Source of the DNA: Klebsormidium nitens
Taxonomy: Eukaryota; Plantae; Klebsormidiophyceae
Assembly (NCBI GenBank): GCA_000708835.1
Contig: DF237108.1
Span: 1 to 64,000 of the forward strand
DNA length: 64,000 bases
Direction: 5' to 3'
The notes under the pieces are model-generated. The model did no database searches and was not told the origin of the DNA. It saw nothing but the letters and a program-made list of their open reading frames with translations. The translations under genes and the position numbers were made by a program. Position 1 is the first letter of the stretch, and every line of letters begins with the position of its first letter. Shown in pieces: positions 47,801 to 59,600 of this stretch.

Positions 47801-50800
47801 TACAAGCGGACTGATGACATCGCGGATGATGGGCGGGGCTGGAAATGTGAGGTCAGCGCTCGGCGAGCTTTTCGTGTTCGACCTATGGAGGGGTTCGTGT
47901 GACGTTTTGTAAACTGAATTGGGAGTGTTTCAGCAACTTTCGTGGCGAGTATACGGGTTCGATTTCGAAAAAGTTAGCGACAATGTCCGAGTCCTCTTAA
48001 ACTCCAACGTGGCACTCTCTGTTTTAGGTCAGCGACGAGGATGGCGACTTTCGGCCGTCGAAAGACGAGGGCGGCAGTGCGGACGAGGAATTCAGTGCGG
48101 AAGAAGAAGAGGAGAACGGAGGGAAGGAGGGCCCAAGGAGGCGGAGAGCGGCCGGAACCAAACGGAAACGGAAGGAAAGGACGGAACCGACTTCCAGGAC
48201 GCAGGTGCGTTGATGTCAGCCGTGTTAGAATGGAGTGGCGGACTGTTTTGGACAAGTTGTGATGGTCTCGCTAGGACTGGGAAGATCGAGGTCCTTCTTG
48301 GGTCCTTGAACCAATCAGAAGGGCTTCCTTGCACCACTTGATTTTATTCTGAAATGCCTGCTAAGCAGACACGCAGGAAACTTGTTGTGCTTACAGGGCT
48401 ACGTCAAACCTGAAAAGTAAGAATCTAGTTCCTCTTGGTCTACCTCGAACTCTGAAGAGTCTGAAAGTGGACTCACTTCCATGGTAACAAGACAAGGGCT
48501 TCGGAATCAGTGGCGACTCATTGCTGGCTACAATCACGCCACACTGTCCTTCGTCTCCCCCCCCGCCTTCGTCCTCCTCCGCATGCGATTTGCAGAACGC
48601 TTGGCGACAACATTTACGCGCTTCTATCCTTCGTTTCCCCTCTACCTTGCTCCTCAACCGGGACATTACGCCCTGTGCTTTCGTAGAACCTGCTGTGGGA
48701 GCAGCCACTCGCTTGTATGCTTCCCCTTCCCCTCTGCTTTTCTCGCTCATCGCACGAAGTGCCGCGAGCTTTTGCAGAACGCCCGGCGGCAACAGTCACG
48801 CTCTTACATGCCGCTGTTTTCCCTTCTGCCATCGTCCACAATCGGAACACCACTGCTGGTGCTTTTATTAAATGCGTGGCAGCAACAGCCAGGCGCTTAT
48901 ATGCTTCCGCTTTCCCCTCTGCATTTGTCCCCAATCGGAACACCACCGCTTGTACTTTTTCTCCCCTGTTTTATCTCGCATTTCTAGTTCCTGCTCCTTT
49001 TGCTGTTGCAGAACGCGCGGCGGCAACGGCTGGAAGCGCTGGCGCAACTAGGCGCGAAGGAGATCCCGGCCGCGGCGCGCAAGCGCAAGCTGACCCGGCT
49101 GGAGGCCGCACAGGAGGCGCTGACGTTGGCGGCACTGCCGAAGAAGCTGTCGTGCCGGGACAAGTAAGTGATGCCGCTTTATTTTCCTACCTATTTACTC
49201 TGCATATCGTTCTTGATTCTAAAGTCATCGTTGTCAAATCCACAAGACCCTGTTCAAATTTGGATTTTTAAGTTCAACCATTAAAGTCTAACAAGACCCG
49301 AATCTTTGTTAAGTCCAGGAATCCAGTACCTGCGGTCGTCGTCCCTCCAAGAATTCCGTGCCCTATATCATCCTGATCCAATCTTACCCCGTGCTCTTCA
49401 AACCCTAGATTGCATCATGAAGGTAATAAGGTCGCGCGAGCTTGTCCGTCCCTCTGGCGAACGGGTCGAGCGCAGTTTGGCTGGAACAGCTGACGTCAGC
49501 CTGTAATCTTCCCGCAGGGAGCGTCAGCAGGTGACGTCATTCGTGGAGGAGGCCGTGTCGGCTGGCGCCGACTGCCTCGGGAGTTGTCTGTACATCAGCG
49601 GAGTGCCGGGGACGGGCAAGGTGAGGGTGGCAACTATCTGCCTGTTGAACATTAGTTCCGTTGCACGGTCATCGGAAAAGTGGTCTCAGATGCTGACAAG
49701 CATTTTGAAGGCTTAGTGGAGTGACCTACGATTGTTTGGTTGAGTAGACGGAAGCACCGGAGCGGAGGCATAAGCTGATTAGACCCTCTGTCTCTTTACC
49801 ACATTTCGACATCTCCTAGTTGGAGTCCAGATTTCCGCATTAGTGCTTCAGAGTTGCGCAAAGCCCATTCTTAGCAAGGACACCTTGTTCAAGCAGCAGA
49901 TCCAGGCTTCAAACCTGGAAACAAGGCAGTGAGTTAGTGCACGTTCCTTAGATACGCCAGGTGTTTTGAGCTTTGATCTTGGACTCGCAGACGGCCACGG
50001 TGCTCGAGGTGATGCGCGGTCTGCGGCGGAAGGTCGAGGCCAAAGAGCTGCCGCCGTTCCAGTTCGTCGAGATCAACGCGCTGCGAGTACCCTCCCCGGC
50101 ACACGTCTACACCGTAAGTTTATCTTTAGCTTGACATACCGGGTTAGCTGCTAACCCACTCCGACGCAGCTCCATCGAATCTGCTCTTGACCGGCTCCAG
50201 CGTGGACATACAGAGTCTGCAATGGACCTTTTGTACGGTAGCTTTACCGGGTTATTCACTGTGTCGAGGGCACAGTGAGGGCTTTTACAACGTGAGAGTC
50301 TCTGACATTGCTGAAAGTGAACTCGGTTCGCCTTCCTGAGTGTCTTCCAGGATTGTTCAGACGAGCAACGTGACTTGAATTTGAAGGCTTGCCTCTGGCA
50401 TCGTTCACGATAAGGCCCCGGAACCACAAATAGCAGCCGTCGGATCACGAGGATCACGTACCCTCGCTTTGCGCTTTCTCATTGCTGACGTACACCCTGC
50501 GCTGACGTCACTTTCAGGCGCTGCACGAGGCCCTGACCGGCGAGCACCTCGGCCCCAAGGCCGCCCTGGAGCGCCTCCAGCAGCGCTTCGAGGGGGCGCC
50601 ACGTGGCAGGCCTGGATTGGTCCGCCGCCCGCTCGTGGTTTTGGTCGACGAATTGGACCTGCTCGTGACGCGCAACCAGTCCGTGCTGTACAACATCTTC
50701 GACTGGCCCACGCTGCCGCACTCGCAGCTGATCGTCATTGGTGAGTTTCTGCTGACGTTACATGATTCCTGCGGACGTCACTCAAAGGTTCCTGGGTTAG

Positions 50801-53800
50801 AGCGCTTGGACAGTTGCTTGTGATGCGTAAGCAGTCGGTGCTGTACAACATCGTCGACTGGCCCACGCTGCCGCACTCGCGGCTGATCGTCATCGGTGAG
50901 ATCTGCTGACGTCACATGGGGTTTTGCGGACGTCAGTTGGTTTTCCCAGCTTTTACAAGACTCTCTGCGGATGTGAGAACGCGGGTTTGCGCTTTTCAAC
51001 GTCTTCGACTGGCCCAAGCTGCCGCGCTCGCGGCCGATCATCGTCAGTGAGAATTTGCTGACGTCACGGTGTTCTTGGTCACAACAATCTCTGCTCTTGG
51101 ATTTACGGGGCATTCAGAGTTGCGGATATGGAAAAGAAGATTGAAAACCTTGCGCGTAAATGTTTGGCAGGCACTGCGAACACAATGACCCTTTCGGAGC
51201 GGATGCTCCCCGCGTCGCGAGACGGATGGGACTGCAGCCAGCCGCGTCAGGCGCCGCTTCAGCGCCCGTTTCCAAAAGCAGGCTTCTCTTTGGAAAAAGC
51301 AAAGATTACGCAGTCTTCAAACATTCCAACCCTTTGCAGGCACTGCAAACACGATCGGCCTTCCGGAGCGGATCGCGCGCCGCGTGGGTCTGCAGCAAGC
51401 GCCTTTTCGTAACCCGACGTTTTCAGCTTTTTCGGTGGAAAGCGGAGCAATCATTACCCATCTTTACAAGTCCAAAAAGTGAAGCTCATGTTTTTGAAGG
51501 AGTTGCGACTACTATCGACCTCCCCGAACGGATGCTCCCTCTATCGCCAGTTGCATGGGGGGAGCGGAAAGCCGCGTTCGCCTCCTGAAACGCGTCTTGT
51601 TAACACCCACTAAATCTTTCGCTTATCGGGCGAGCGAGCAAGGATCGCAGAGTCTCCTTATCTCTCACACTCCAAACAAAACTTCTTGCAGGCATTGCGA
51701 ACACGATCGACCTCCCCGAACGAATGCTCCCCCGCATCGCAAGCCGCATGGGCCTGCGGCGCGTGGCGTTCAACCCGTACACGCGCGAGCAGCTGCAGGA
51801 GATCGTCGCCGACCGGCTGACCGGAATTCCGGCGTTCCGGTCGGAAGCCATCGAGCTGGCGTCGCGGAAGGTGAGCTTTGATGTGCTGATTCTGGGACCT
51901 GGGGTGATGATGCATTCTGCAGGCTTCCAGTACATGACGCCACTGCTTCATGCGGGTATCATCAGGCTTGTTCAACAGACAAGCTGCTGAAATTGCGCCT
52001 TGTTATTATAACGTAGGCTTTACAGTCGATTGACATTCGAACTTATGCAAGTAAAGTTCATTTGTATCTTTAGTCAGCGATTAGCTTCGGGTGCGTTTAC
52101 GAAGCTAGTTCACCAACGGAGAGTTGAGTACAGACTAATGACAAACGGCTATTGATTTGTGCGCATTGGCTATTGACTGTTAAGTATTGACTTTTGACAT
52201 CAAATCACTGATCTTCAACTCTTGATCGCTGATCGACTCATTAGTTGTACCTGGTTTCTCTCTACTGACGTGATGTCTCCGGAAGATGCAGCTTTGGTTG
52301 TACTGAGGGGTCATGGCTCTCAAGAGCGTCCGTCAACGCTCAAAATCCGCTTCCCTCCTGTTCCGTTCCGATGCAACCCTTCCGTTCCGCCCAGGTCGCC
52401 TCCGCCTCGGGCGACGTCCGCCGCGCGCTCGAGCTCTGCCGCCGGGCCGCCGAGCTCGCTGCCGCACGCCAAAAAGAAGCGCAGACGTTAGCGGCTGACG
52501 TCACGGCCACTTCTGGTCCAAGTCCCGGTTCCGGTTCCGGTTCCGGTGCGGGACCGAGCTCCGCCGGAAAGGAAACGGAGGACGTTTTGGTGGAGCTGGG
52601 AGACGTGGACGCGGCCGTGAGGGAGATGTTTGACTCGCCGCACATCAAGGTAAGCATGTTTCTTTTTTCCTGTTTCATCTTTTCTAGGTTCAGTGGTTGA
52701 ACAAGTCAGCAGAATCTTGAGGTGAAGAGGTGTATCGGACTTACCGCACATCAAGGTAAATGTTCCTTGTTCTTCAATTGTTCCGTTGTCTTCTATCTAT
52801 TGTTTTTGCAAGGTTTGGTGAGGACGTCAACGGATATTTTTCCAGGACAAACTGGATGTGGGGTATTGAATGCGAGAAGACAGCGGCGATAAGATTGATA
52901 GTATCCTCCGGCAAACATTTGATCTCCTGTGGGCTCTTTTCCGGTCAGCTCGTCAGACTATTGTCATTGACGGCTCCTGTGAAATTCCGCAGGGACATCG
53001 ACGGTTCCCCAACGATTCAGCCCACCAGCGCTCCTGACGCAGTCAATCGACGGCTCTGATCGTCCAATTCAGAGCATCGAAAAGCCCCTGTGGCTCAAGG
53101 CAGAGCGTTCAGTCGTCACAACCAGCAAAAGGTTTCTCTCGGACTTCTGACCAACGGCTCTCCTTGTTTGTTGCAGAGCATTGAAAGGCTGTCGCGGCAC
53201 GAGCAGATCCTGCTGCTGGCCCTAGTCATGATTTCAAGGCGTACCGGCATTGCCGAGACCACCTTCGAGACGGCAAGTCCCTCCTGTCCACGAGCTAGTT
53301 CTTCATTCGCTCCGTTCGAATGCCGGATCGTTCACTCTCCTCTCTCTCTTCGTCATCGTGTTTTGAGTCGATACTTACCAGGATGCCGTGGTGATTTCTG
53401 AGCACATTTCTGTCTTTCACGTATGACTTCGTTTACTACTCCGGGCCGCTGTTGCTCTTGAGGACAATGAAACTCTGCTCGAACCGGGGACTTCCTGAAG
53501 CCGTTCATGCATGATTAGTTTTGGAGGTCAATACTGTTCAGAGGAAATGAAGTAGTGGGAGCAGGCATTACAAACCTCAAGTGGCATCAAACCTTATCGC
53601 CTTTGTGCAAACCACCTTCGCTTTTAACCGAATCCTCGTCATATCTGCGGGGTCTTTGAAGGAAAGCAGCCATGGATGAGCTACTTCGTCTCACGTCATG
53701 CTGACGTCAACTTGTGCTATGTGTGCCAGGTGGCGGGCGCCCACATCGACATGTGCCGGAGCCACGGGGAGCTGCCGCCGAGCCATGCGAACCTCGCAGA

Positions 53801-55103
53801 GATAGTGTGAGCACTCTAATCACTCTAACCAGGATTAGGAGCTAACCCGGTTTCGTTTCCAGTCCAATCAGGTCCGGTAACAAGTGTCAAGCGGCTTTGA
53901 GAGTAAGCGAACTTCGCTGGGATACTGGGCAAACCGGTCACACCCTTCGGAGGTTCTAGCCCGTCCGGAATCCACTCAAGTTCGGCGAAATGCGAGCGTC
54001 CTTTGAGAGGAAATCAAGAAGAAGGTCGACTTCAAGCCACCTTGCAAGGGAAACCAGGAAAAGAACAGCATGGGGAGGGTACGGAAGAAAATTTTGAGGC
54101 CGGAGATTCAAATAAATCTGGAGTAACACGAGCATCTTGTGTGATTGCGAGGTGCGCTTTGACTCCCTGCTCAAACATCCTGATTTGTTAAGAAGTCGAA
54201 TCCTTCAATTTCAGGAGTCGGCTGGGTTCCAGTCACGTGCTCATCTGCGAACCGGGCCATAGGCACCGGCTCCGAAAGATTGAATTGAACGTGCCCAGGT
54301 GAGAGACTCCACAACTTCGATGGAAGCTTAGGGTACTTATTAAAAGGGTGAGAAATAGAGGTGTGTCATCTGAGAAAGGCTGAGGAGACTCGCAAAAATT
54401 TGTACGTTTACGAGCGCTGAAGAAGGCAGCAATGAGCCGAAGTCCTTAGCGTGGGTAAGAAAACTCTTGGAAGCAGAGTTATGTGGGCACTCGACACCTG
54501 CAGGGTTAGCGGTCTTCAAAAAGTTGTCGAGGAATTTGTCGGGAAGATCTTGCGGTCTAAGCAAGTTCACAATGGCGGAAAACGTTTGGAAGTTCCTAGG
54601 ACGCTTGGCGAGCTCTTGAAGTGTCGTGCGGGCGTTTCTTTGGGCATCTGAACCGGCCTGTGAAGGAATAGTTGCTCTGGCGGTTGCTCTGGTGACCATT
54701 TAGCGGCTTTGCCGTTAGATGGTCGCCAAAAAGAGGTCTTTTGTAGGGCAGTTGCGTTTGAACGACACCTTGGCGCAATCCGCTGATTCTGTACTTGAGT
54801 ATCAAGGCGCTCTCGGACCACTTGGGTTGAAAATCGATTGTAATGAGTGTCATCAAGGAATTGATGGATCAAAGATTATGATTCGTCTTCTAGCATTTTT
54901 GCACGCGTTCAGGATACTGACCCGCTGGAAAAGGCGCCTCGGAATCTGCTTTAAAGCTTTGGTTCTTGACGCAAGCCGTGTGGCTGTTTGTTGTTGAAAT
55001 GACTTCCTTGTATCTTCGTGCTTGCAGCGACGATGTCACCTTCGCTTTGAAGAGAAACGCCCAAGTGACGTGGCTACAGAAGCTAGCCGAGCAAAGGAGC
55101 TGA
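44844..55103 (+). CDS. ORC1: Origin recognition complex subunit 1, plant type (BAH with embedded PHD, AAA+, winged helix), 14 exons, about 1029 aa
   Basis: Exons 44844-46084, 46658-46793, 47349-47516, 48028-48204, 49012-49163, 49518-49620, 49991-50113, 50518-50740, 51692-51870, 52395-52649, 53177-53272, 53730-53806, 54215-54298, 55028-55103; total 3090 nt. C4HC3 PHD (CRVC...CDTCLGGFHLGC...CPAC), BAH (IPEETHMGRREHN, GDDVYLLEY), Walker A GVPGTGKT, Walker B VVLVDELD, IANTIDLPERM, SGDVRRALELCRRA, SDDVTFAL. Confidence 0.97.
45330..45644 (+). repeat. Five tandem AT-hook-like repeats in the ORC1 N-terminus (about 24-aa period)
   Basis: VKRRPGRP (45330), VKRGRGRPKK (45402), VKRGRGRPKG (45474), VKRNRGQP (45546), VKRGRGRPKK (45615); spacing 72, 72, 72 and 69 nt. 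Confidence 0.85.
47517..48027 (+). repeat. ORC1 intron 3: two degenerate copies of the exon 3 end plus donor
   Basis: gatgatggatggggctggtattacgag|gtcag (donor at 47683) and gatgatgggcggggctggaaatgtgag|gtcagcg (47852), versus the true gatgacgggcggggctggaattacgag|gtcagcg (47517). Confidence 0.9.
50741..51691 (+). repeat. ORC1 intron 8: two copies of the upstream exon end/donor and three copies of the downstream acceptor/exon start
   Basis: Donor copies at 50896 and 51047 follow VLYNI.DWP.LP-like sequence. Acceptor copies at 51171, 51340 and 51500 encode ANT.DLPERM-like starts. The true exon starts at 51692. Confidence 0.9.
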
Positions 55104-56098
55104 CGTGGCTAGATAGTGGACACGAAAAGGTGTCGGGCGATGAAGCCTTGAGGCGTAAATGCATTTTCGCGTCGGGAATGCTCACGTCCTCGAACCATTT
55201 CAGCAGCCCAAGTAAAGGCACATAGTTGACGATTGAGTGGTACCATCTGTTCCTTTGGCATTTACGTGATGCAAGTGAGAGATGGCAATGTTTGCCAAGT
55301 GCTAGCTTGTTGATCCCATCAAGCTTGAAATTGGCCTGCACCATAAGTACGAGAGTGATCTGCCGCTTAAATCTGCATCATTTTCATTGGTCTAAAAGAG
55401 TGCTCTCTTGCCCGCCTTACATAGCATTTGGATCTTCTCGATGAGCGATCCGAGATATCCGAGGGAAAAGTACAGATGGAACCATAATTCGGCGTTTGTT
55501 CTGACAACTACTTCGACGTTTATGACCTCATTATGGGCATACCTATCCGGACACTTGAAGAGTTTATTTTAGCCTACAGTAGGTAGTAGCCTCAGCCAAT
55601 CACAGAGGAGTGGCTCGTCAATACATCATCACAATAGTAAGTACCAGGTGTTTGGAAGCGCTAAGGCACCAGGCCGATCGAGAATTTTAGGCAGTAGAAG
55701 ACAGAGACCGGATAACCTATCGACTAATTACCGGTCAATTGGCCCTATTAGTGCTAACCCGTGTCAATGCATGTCAATCATTGGATTCCAAAGATTCAGC
55801 GGACCTTCATGGTCAAATGGTGGCCGCCCGATTGCATGCAGCTGTGCACACAGCACCGTCGATGAGTCGTCATTTTATCGTGTTCACACTGTCGTTTCAA
55901 AACCCAACTCTATTGCCATTCATTCGTTGGTGTTAATGCGCCCAATAGGCTTCTGTGAACCCCCATTGTACTGGCAGCTCTGCTTCAGCAAAATTTCATT
56001 CCTGCTTCCACCCTTCGCTACATCTCTTGTCGGTTCCTGATCAGATCTCGAGCGCCCTTTCTTCACAAATCCAGCGTTGCCCTTCTGGTTTGCAACAG

Positions 56099-56684
56099 GT
56101 GAGTTGTGCAATCGTCTGCGCTATACGAGAAGTTGTTGGAAAGGTTTACTCGGAAGGGCTTGATGGTCTTCTTGATCTGACTGTTTTTGGCATGTCATTT
56201 GATGCTTCATTAGATCTATTATGTTATTTTTTGGCTAGATCCAAGGATGGGAGGAAGATCTGGCTTTTACGATTAAACCCACCAACATGATCGTCCCTCG
56301 AGCATTTGGTGCTGCAATGGTCAGCATTTGTCACTAACAGATCTGAGGAAGAATGAGAAAGAGAGATAGAAGTGGTAATGATTGAAAGGTTGTTGTGTCC
56401 GGTCGTACCAGAAGCAAGAATATACTTGAGTGGATAGATGGGGTCTTTTTGCAGTCATCTATGGTTTTTGTCTCTTGGAGGGGCAAGCTGCTACACTTCT
56501 GTTCCTGTGAATCCGCTGAGATCTGCACACAAGGAACATCTCACTAGCATTGGTGCAAAGCTGAGAGGTTGGATGACCGATTTTAGATGTATTTGCTTCT
56601 TGATTAGGCTGTGAAGGCTTGGCCGTGGATGTTCTGGAAAGAACGATCTTTTTGTTGTGCTCATATCTTGTTGTTCGTTTGCAG
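56099..56684 (+). other. Probable 5'-UTR (leader) intron of the SAM synthetase gene
   Basis: Donor cag|gtgagt at 56099 and pyrimidine-rich acceptor gtttgcag| ending at 56684, 7 nt before the ATG. Confidence 0.6.
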
Positions 56685-56691
56685 CGTCACA

Positions 56692-59600
56692 ATGGCTCAA
56701 GAGACTTTCCTCTTCACGTCCGAGTCCGTCAATGAGGGGCACCCTGATAAGCTGTGCGATCAGGTGTCCGACGCCGTGTTGGATGCCTGCTTGGCACAGG
56801 TAATCTAAAGTTTTTTTGCGCTGCGGGTGCAAGTATAGAGTTGGTTTTCATTATTGACAGGATCTGCGTTGGTAGCCTGGATTGCAACAGCTCATGAATC
56901 TTGCCATGTTCTAGATAATACTAGCAGCTTACTGGCTCCAATATGGCAATGAAGCCGTCCAAGGGCCCTATGTTTCTGTGGATCTGAGCAAGCGCTCACA
57001 ATCTGGGGAATGCTCTGGTTTGGAAAGGCAGATAAACGAATGATACTTGTGACTGGTGTCCCGACAAGAAGCTTCAGCTCTGGCTTGAAAGTTGCAGTCA
57101 GATCTGCTGTGGTCAATGCTGCAATGCAACAGCCTAAACAGGTGCATAATGCAGATCTAATATTTTCGACTTCATGTTAGGGTAGGGCCAAGCCAAGGTA
57201 GGTCACGCCCGGGGAACGGGTGAGGTTGCTTTGGGGGTTCAAAAGAATGTCAACTCTGGTCTTGGTTACTAATTTCTTTTAACTGAGGGAATTGATCTAA
57301 CTAAATATAGGCTAATGTCAGCCTACACTTGAAACTAGTTGCAGATCTTTTCAAGATTGGTGATTCACCAGTCACAATCGGGGCTCGTGTGCAGGACCCT
57401 GACAGCAGGGTTGCCTGCGAGACTTGCACGAAGACCGACATGGTGATGGTCTTCGGCGAGATCACGACCAAGGCCAAGGTTGATTATGAGAAGATTGTGC
57501 GGGACACCGTGAAGGAGATTGGCTTCATCTCAAATGAGGTTGGCTTGGACGGCACCAACTGCAAGGTGGGTGGAGCATAAACCCTCGTCATTTTGCATAA
57601 TGCTGCATTTGGACCAAGAAGATTCATTGTATCTGTGAGGTTGAGTTATGTGTTGTGTTCCCAGAGAATGGTGTTTGATTCCATCTAAGCTCCCTGTTGT
57701 AATGATCGTGTTGGGTTGATTCCAGGAACAATCTTGCGCCTGCTACAGACAGTCTTTTCCTTTTTAAGCGGACCAGATTGTCTGTGCAATTGAGTGCAAC
57801 TCAGTCTGAATGCAGCAAGTCATACGGAACTTGCAACTAACAAGCCTATATCTTGTCGCAGTTATCCTTCATCGTAAGTCTTTGTTGAACATCACAGCTG
57901 ATCATGTGCAGTAGTACATAGAGCAGCCTCTGTGTGCACAAAGCTGATCCTGTCCCTTCAATCATGCATTTTTTTTGCGCAGAAACTCAAAAGTTTTCTC
58001 TCAACATCGTTCCTTACAGGTCCTTATGAACATTGAGGAGCAGAGCCCTGACATCAAGCAGGGTGTCGACGCCAAGAAGCCTGAGGACATTGGTGCGGGC
58101 GACCAGGGACATATGTTTGGCTATGCCACTGATGAGACTGAGGAGCTCATGCCCCTGACTCACGTGCTGGCCACCAAGCTTGGAGCCAAGCTCACGGAGG
58201 TAAGCCACTGTTTAGATCCCAGTTGTTTACAGTTTGATGAAGAGAAGCGACGTATCTGGGCTGGCGCTGTTGCTGGTCCCGTTGTTAGCTTGCTTTATGT
58301 AAATAACTGGTCCTCTGAGCTGCAACTAAAAATCAGCATTGAAAAGCAGAAAAGATGAATCTGGAAAGTGGATTAGCAGTCCTCTTAGCATTTTGGGGTA
58401 TGGAACTTGGCAGCTGGCAAGTTGGATCCAGGGCAATGGAGCGTCAGTCTTCCTGGCAGTCTTTCATCTCAGTTTCTGTTCTAAGAGTGTGGCCTCTTTG
58501 AAGAAGATGAGTTTTGCTATCAACTGCTGTACAAGCGCGTGATAAATGACGGAACCCCCAGTCACTTGGAGAAGGGGCATTCTCGCAGAAGTGAAGATGT
58601 TCACAGCCTTGAACAGTAGTCCTTGGTTGATTGGACGTGATGGAGGCAATCAAAAGGCCTCTGGTATGTCTTTTGAGGGATAATGTCTTTTATCTCGCTG
58701 TTTCTCTACTCAAGGACAGCCAAAACAGAAGATTTGTGCCACCAAAGATCTTTTGATTCTTTCTATAACCCAGTAGATAGTGAGGGAGATTGCAATCAAG
58801 TGATGGTGTTTTTGATGGTGTTTGTTTCTGCTCACGGCCCACTGTGACAAGGTCGTTGTTGTTGGATCATGTCTATTTTCTGTATCCTCAAGTCCAACAG
58901 GAGGTACAATCGAACATAAGCACTCAAATCTCTTTCTTACACTACTCAGGTCCGGAAGAATGGCGTCTGCAAGTGGCTGCGGCCCGACGGTAAGACGCAG
59001 GTGACCATCGAGTACAAGCTGGAGAACGGCGCCACCGTCCCCGTGCGTGTGCACACCGTCCTCATCTCCACCCAGCACGACGAGACCGTCACCAACGACC
59101 AGATCGCCGCTGACCTCATGGAGTGAGTTTCGGGACGAAGTGTTGCTTGAGGTTTTCAAGCGATGCGGTTACATATTGCGTGTTCAAGACTTTAGTGGAT
59201 TTGGTTTGTTGATGCTTGAGACTTGGGGTGAACATAGAGCTGAGGAAGGGTGCAGATGCGGAGATGCTTTGACAAATCTGTCCCGCTCTTGTCCTACTTC
59301 AAGGTCTTGTCCTACGTCAAGGTCACGTAGATGCATAATGGAGCAGGCACAAGATTTTTTGTTTCAATCGCGGCTTGTAGCTAGGTAACAGGCCTTGAAT
59401 TGGTGAAGATCAACGACGAGTAACACGGCCTGATACTGCTTGCTCAATGTGATTTTTCCCTGCACAACTCTTTTCTCTCCTGTTCTGCGTTGTGAATCTG
59501 TACATTTGTGCTGTTTTGGGAGAGTCATCAGATTAGTGCTATTTTCTCTGGACCCAACTATTCTTGCCCTTAACCACTTCCTAAGCCCTTCGCTTTATGC

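Noticed and set aside
59289-59323. Small tandem duplications (cttgtcctac.tcaaggt x2 here, accaattatgtacac x2 near 11125)
   Set aside because: Ordinary slippage products with no link to junctions or known elements.
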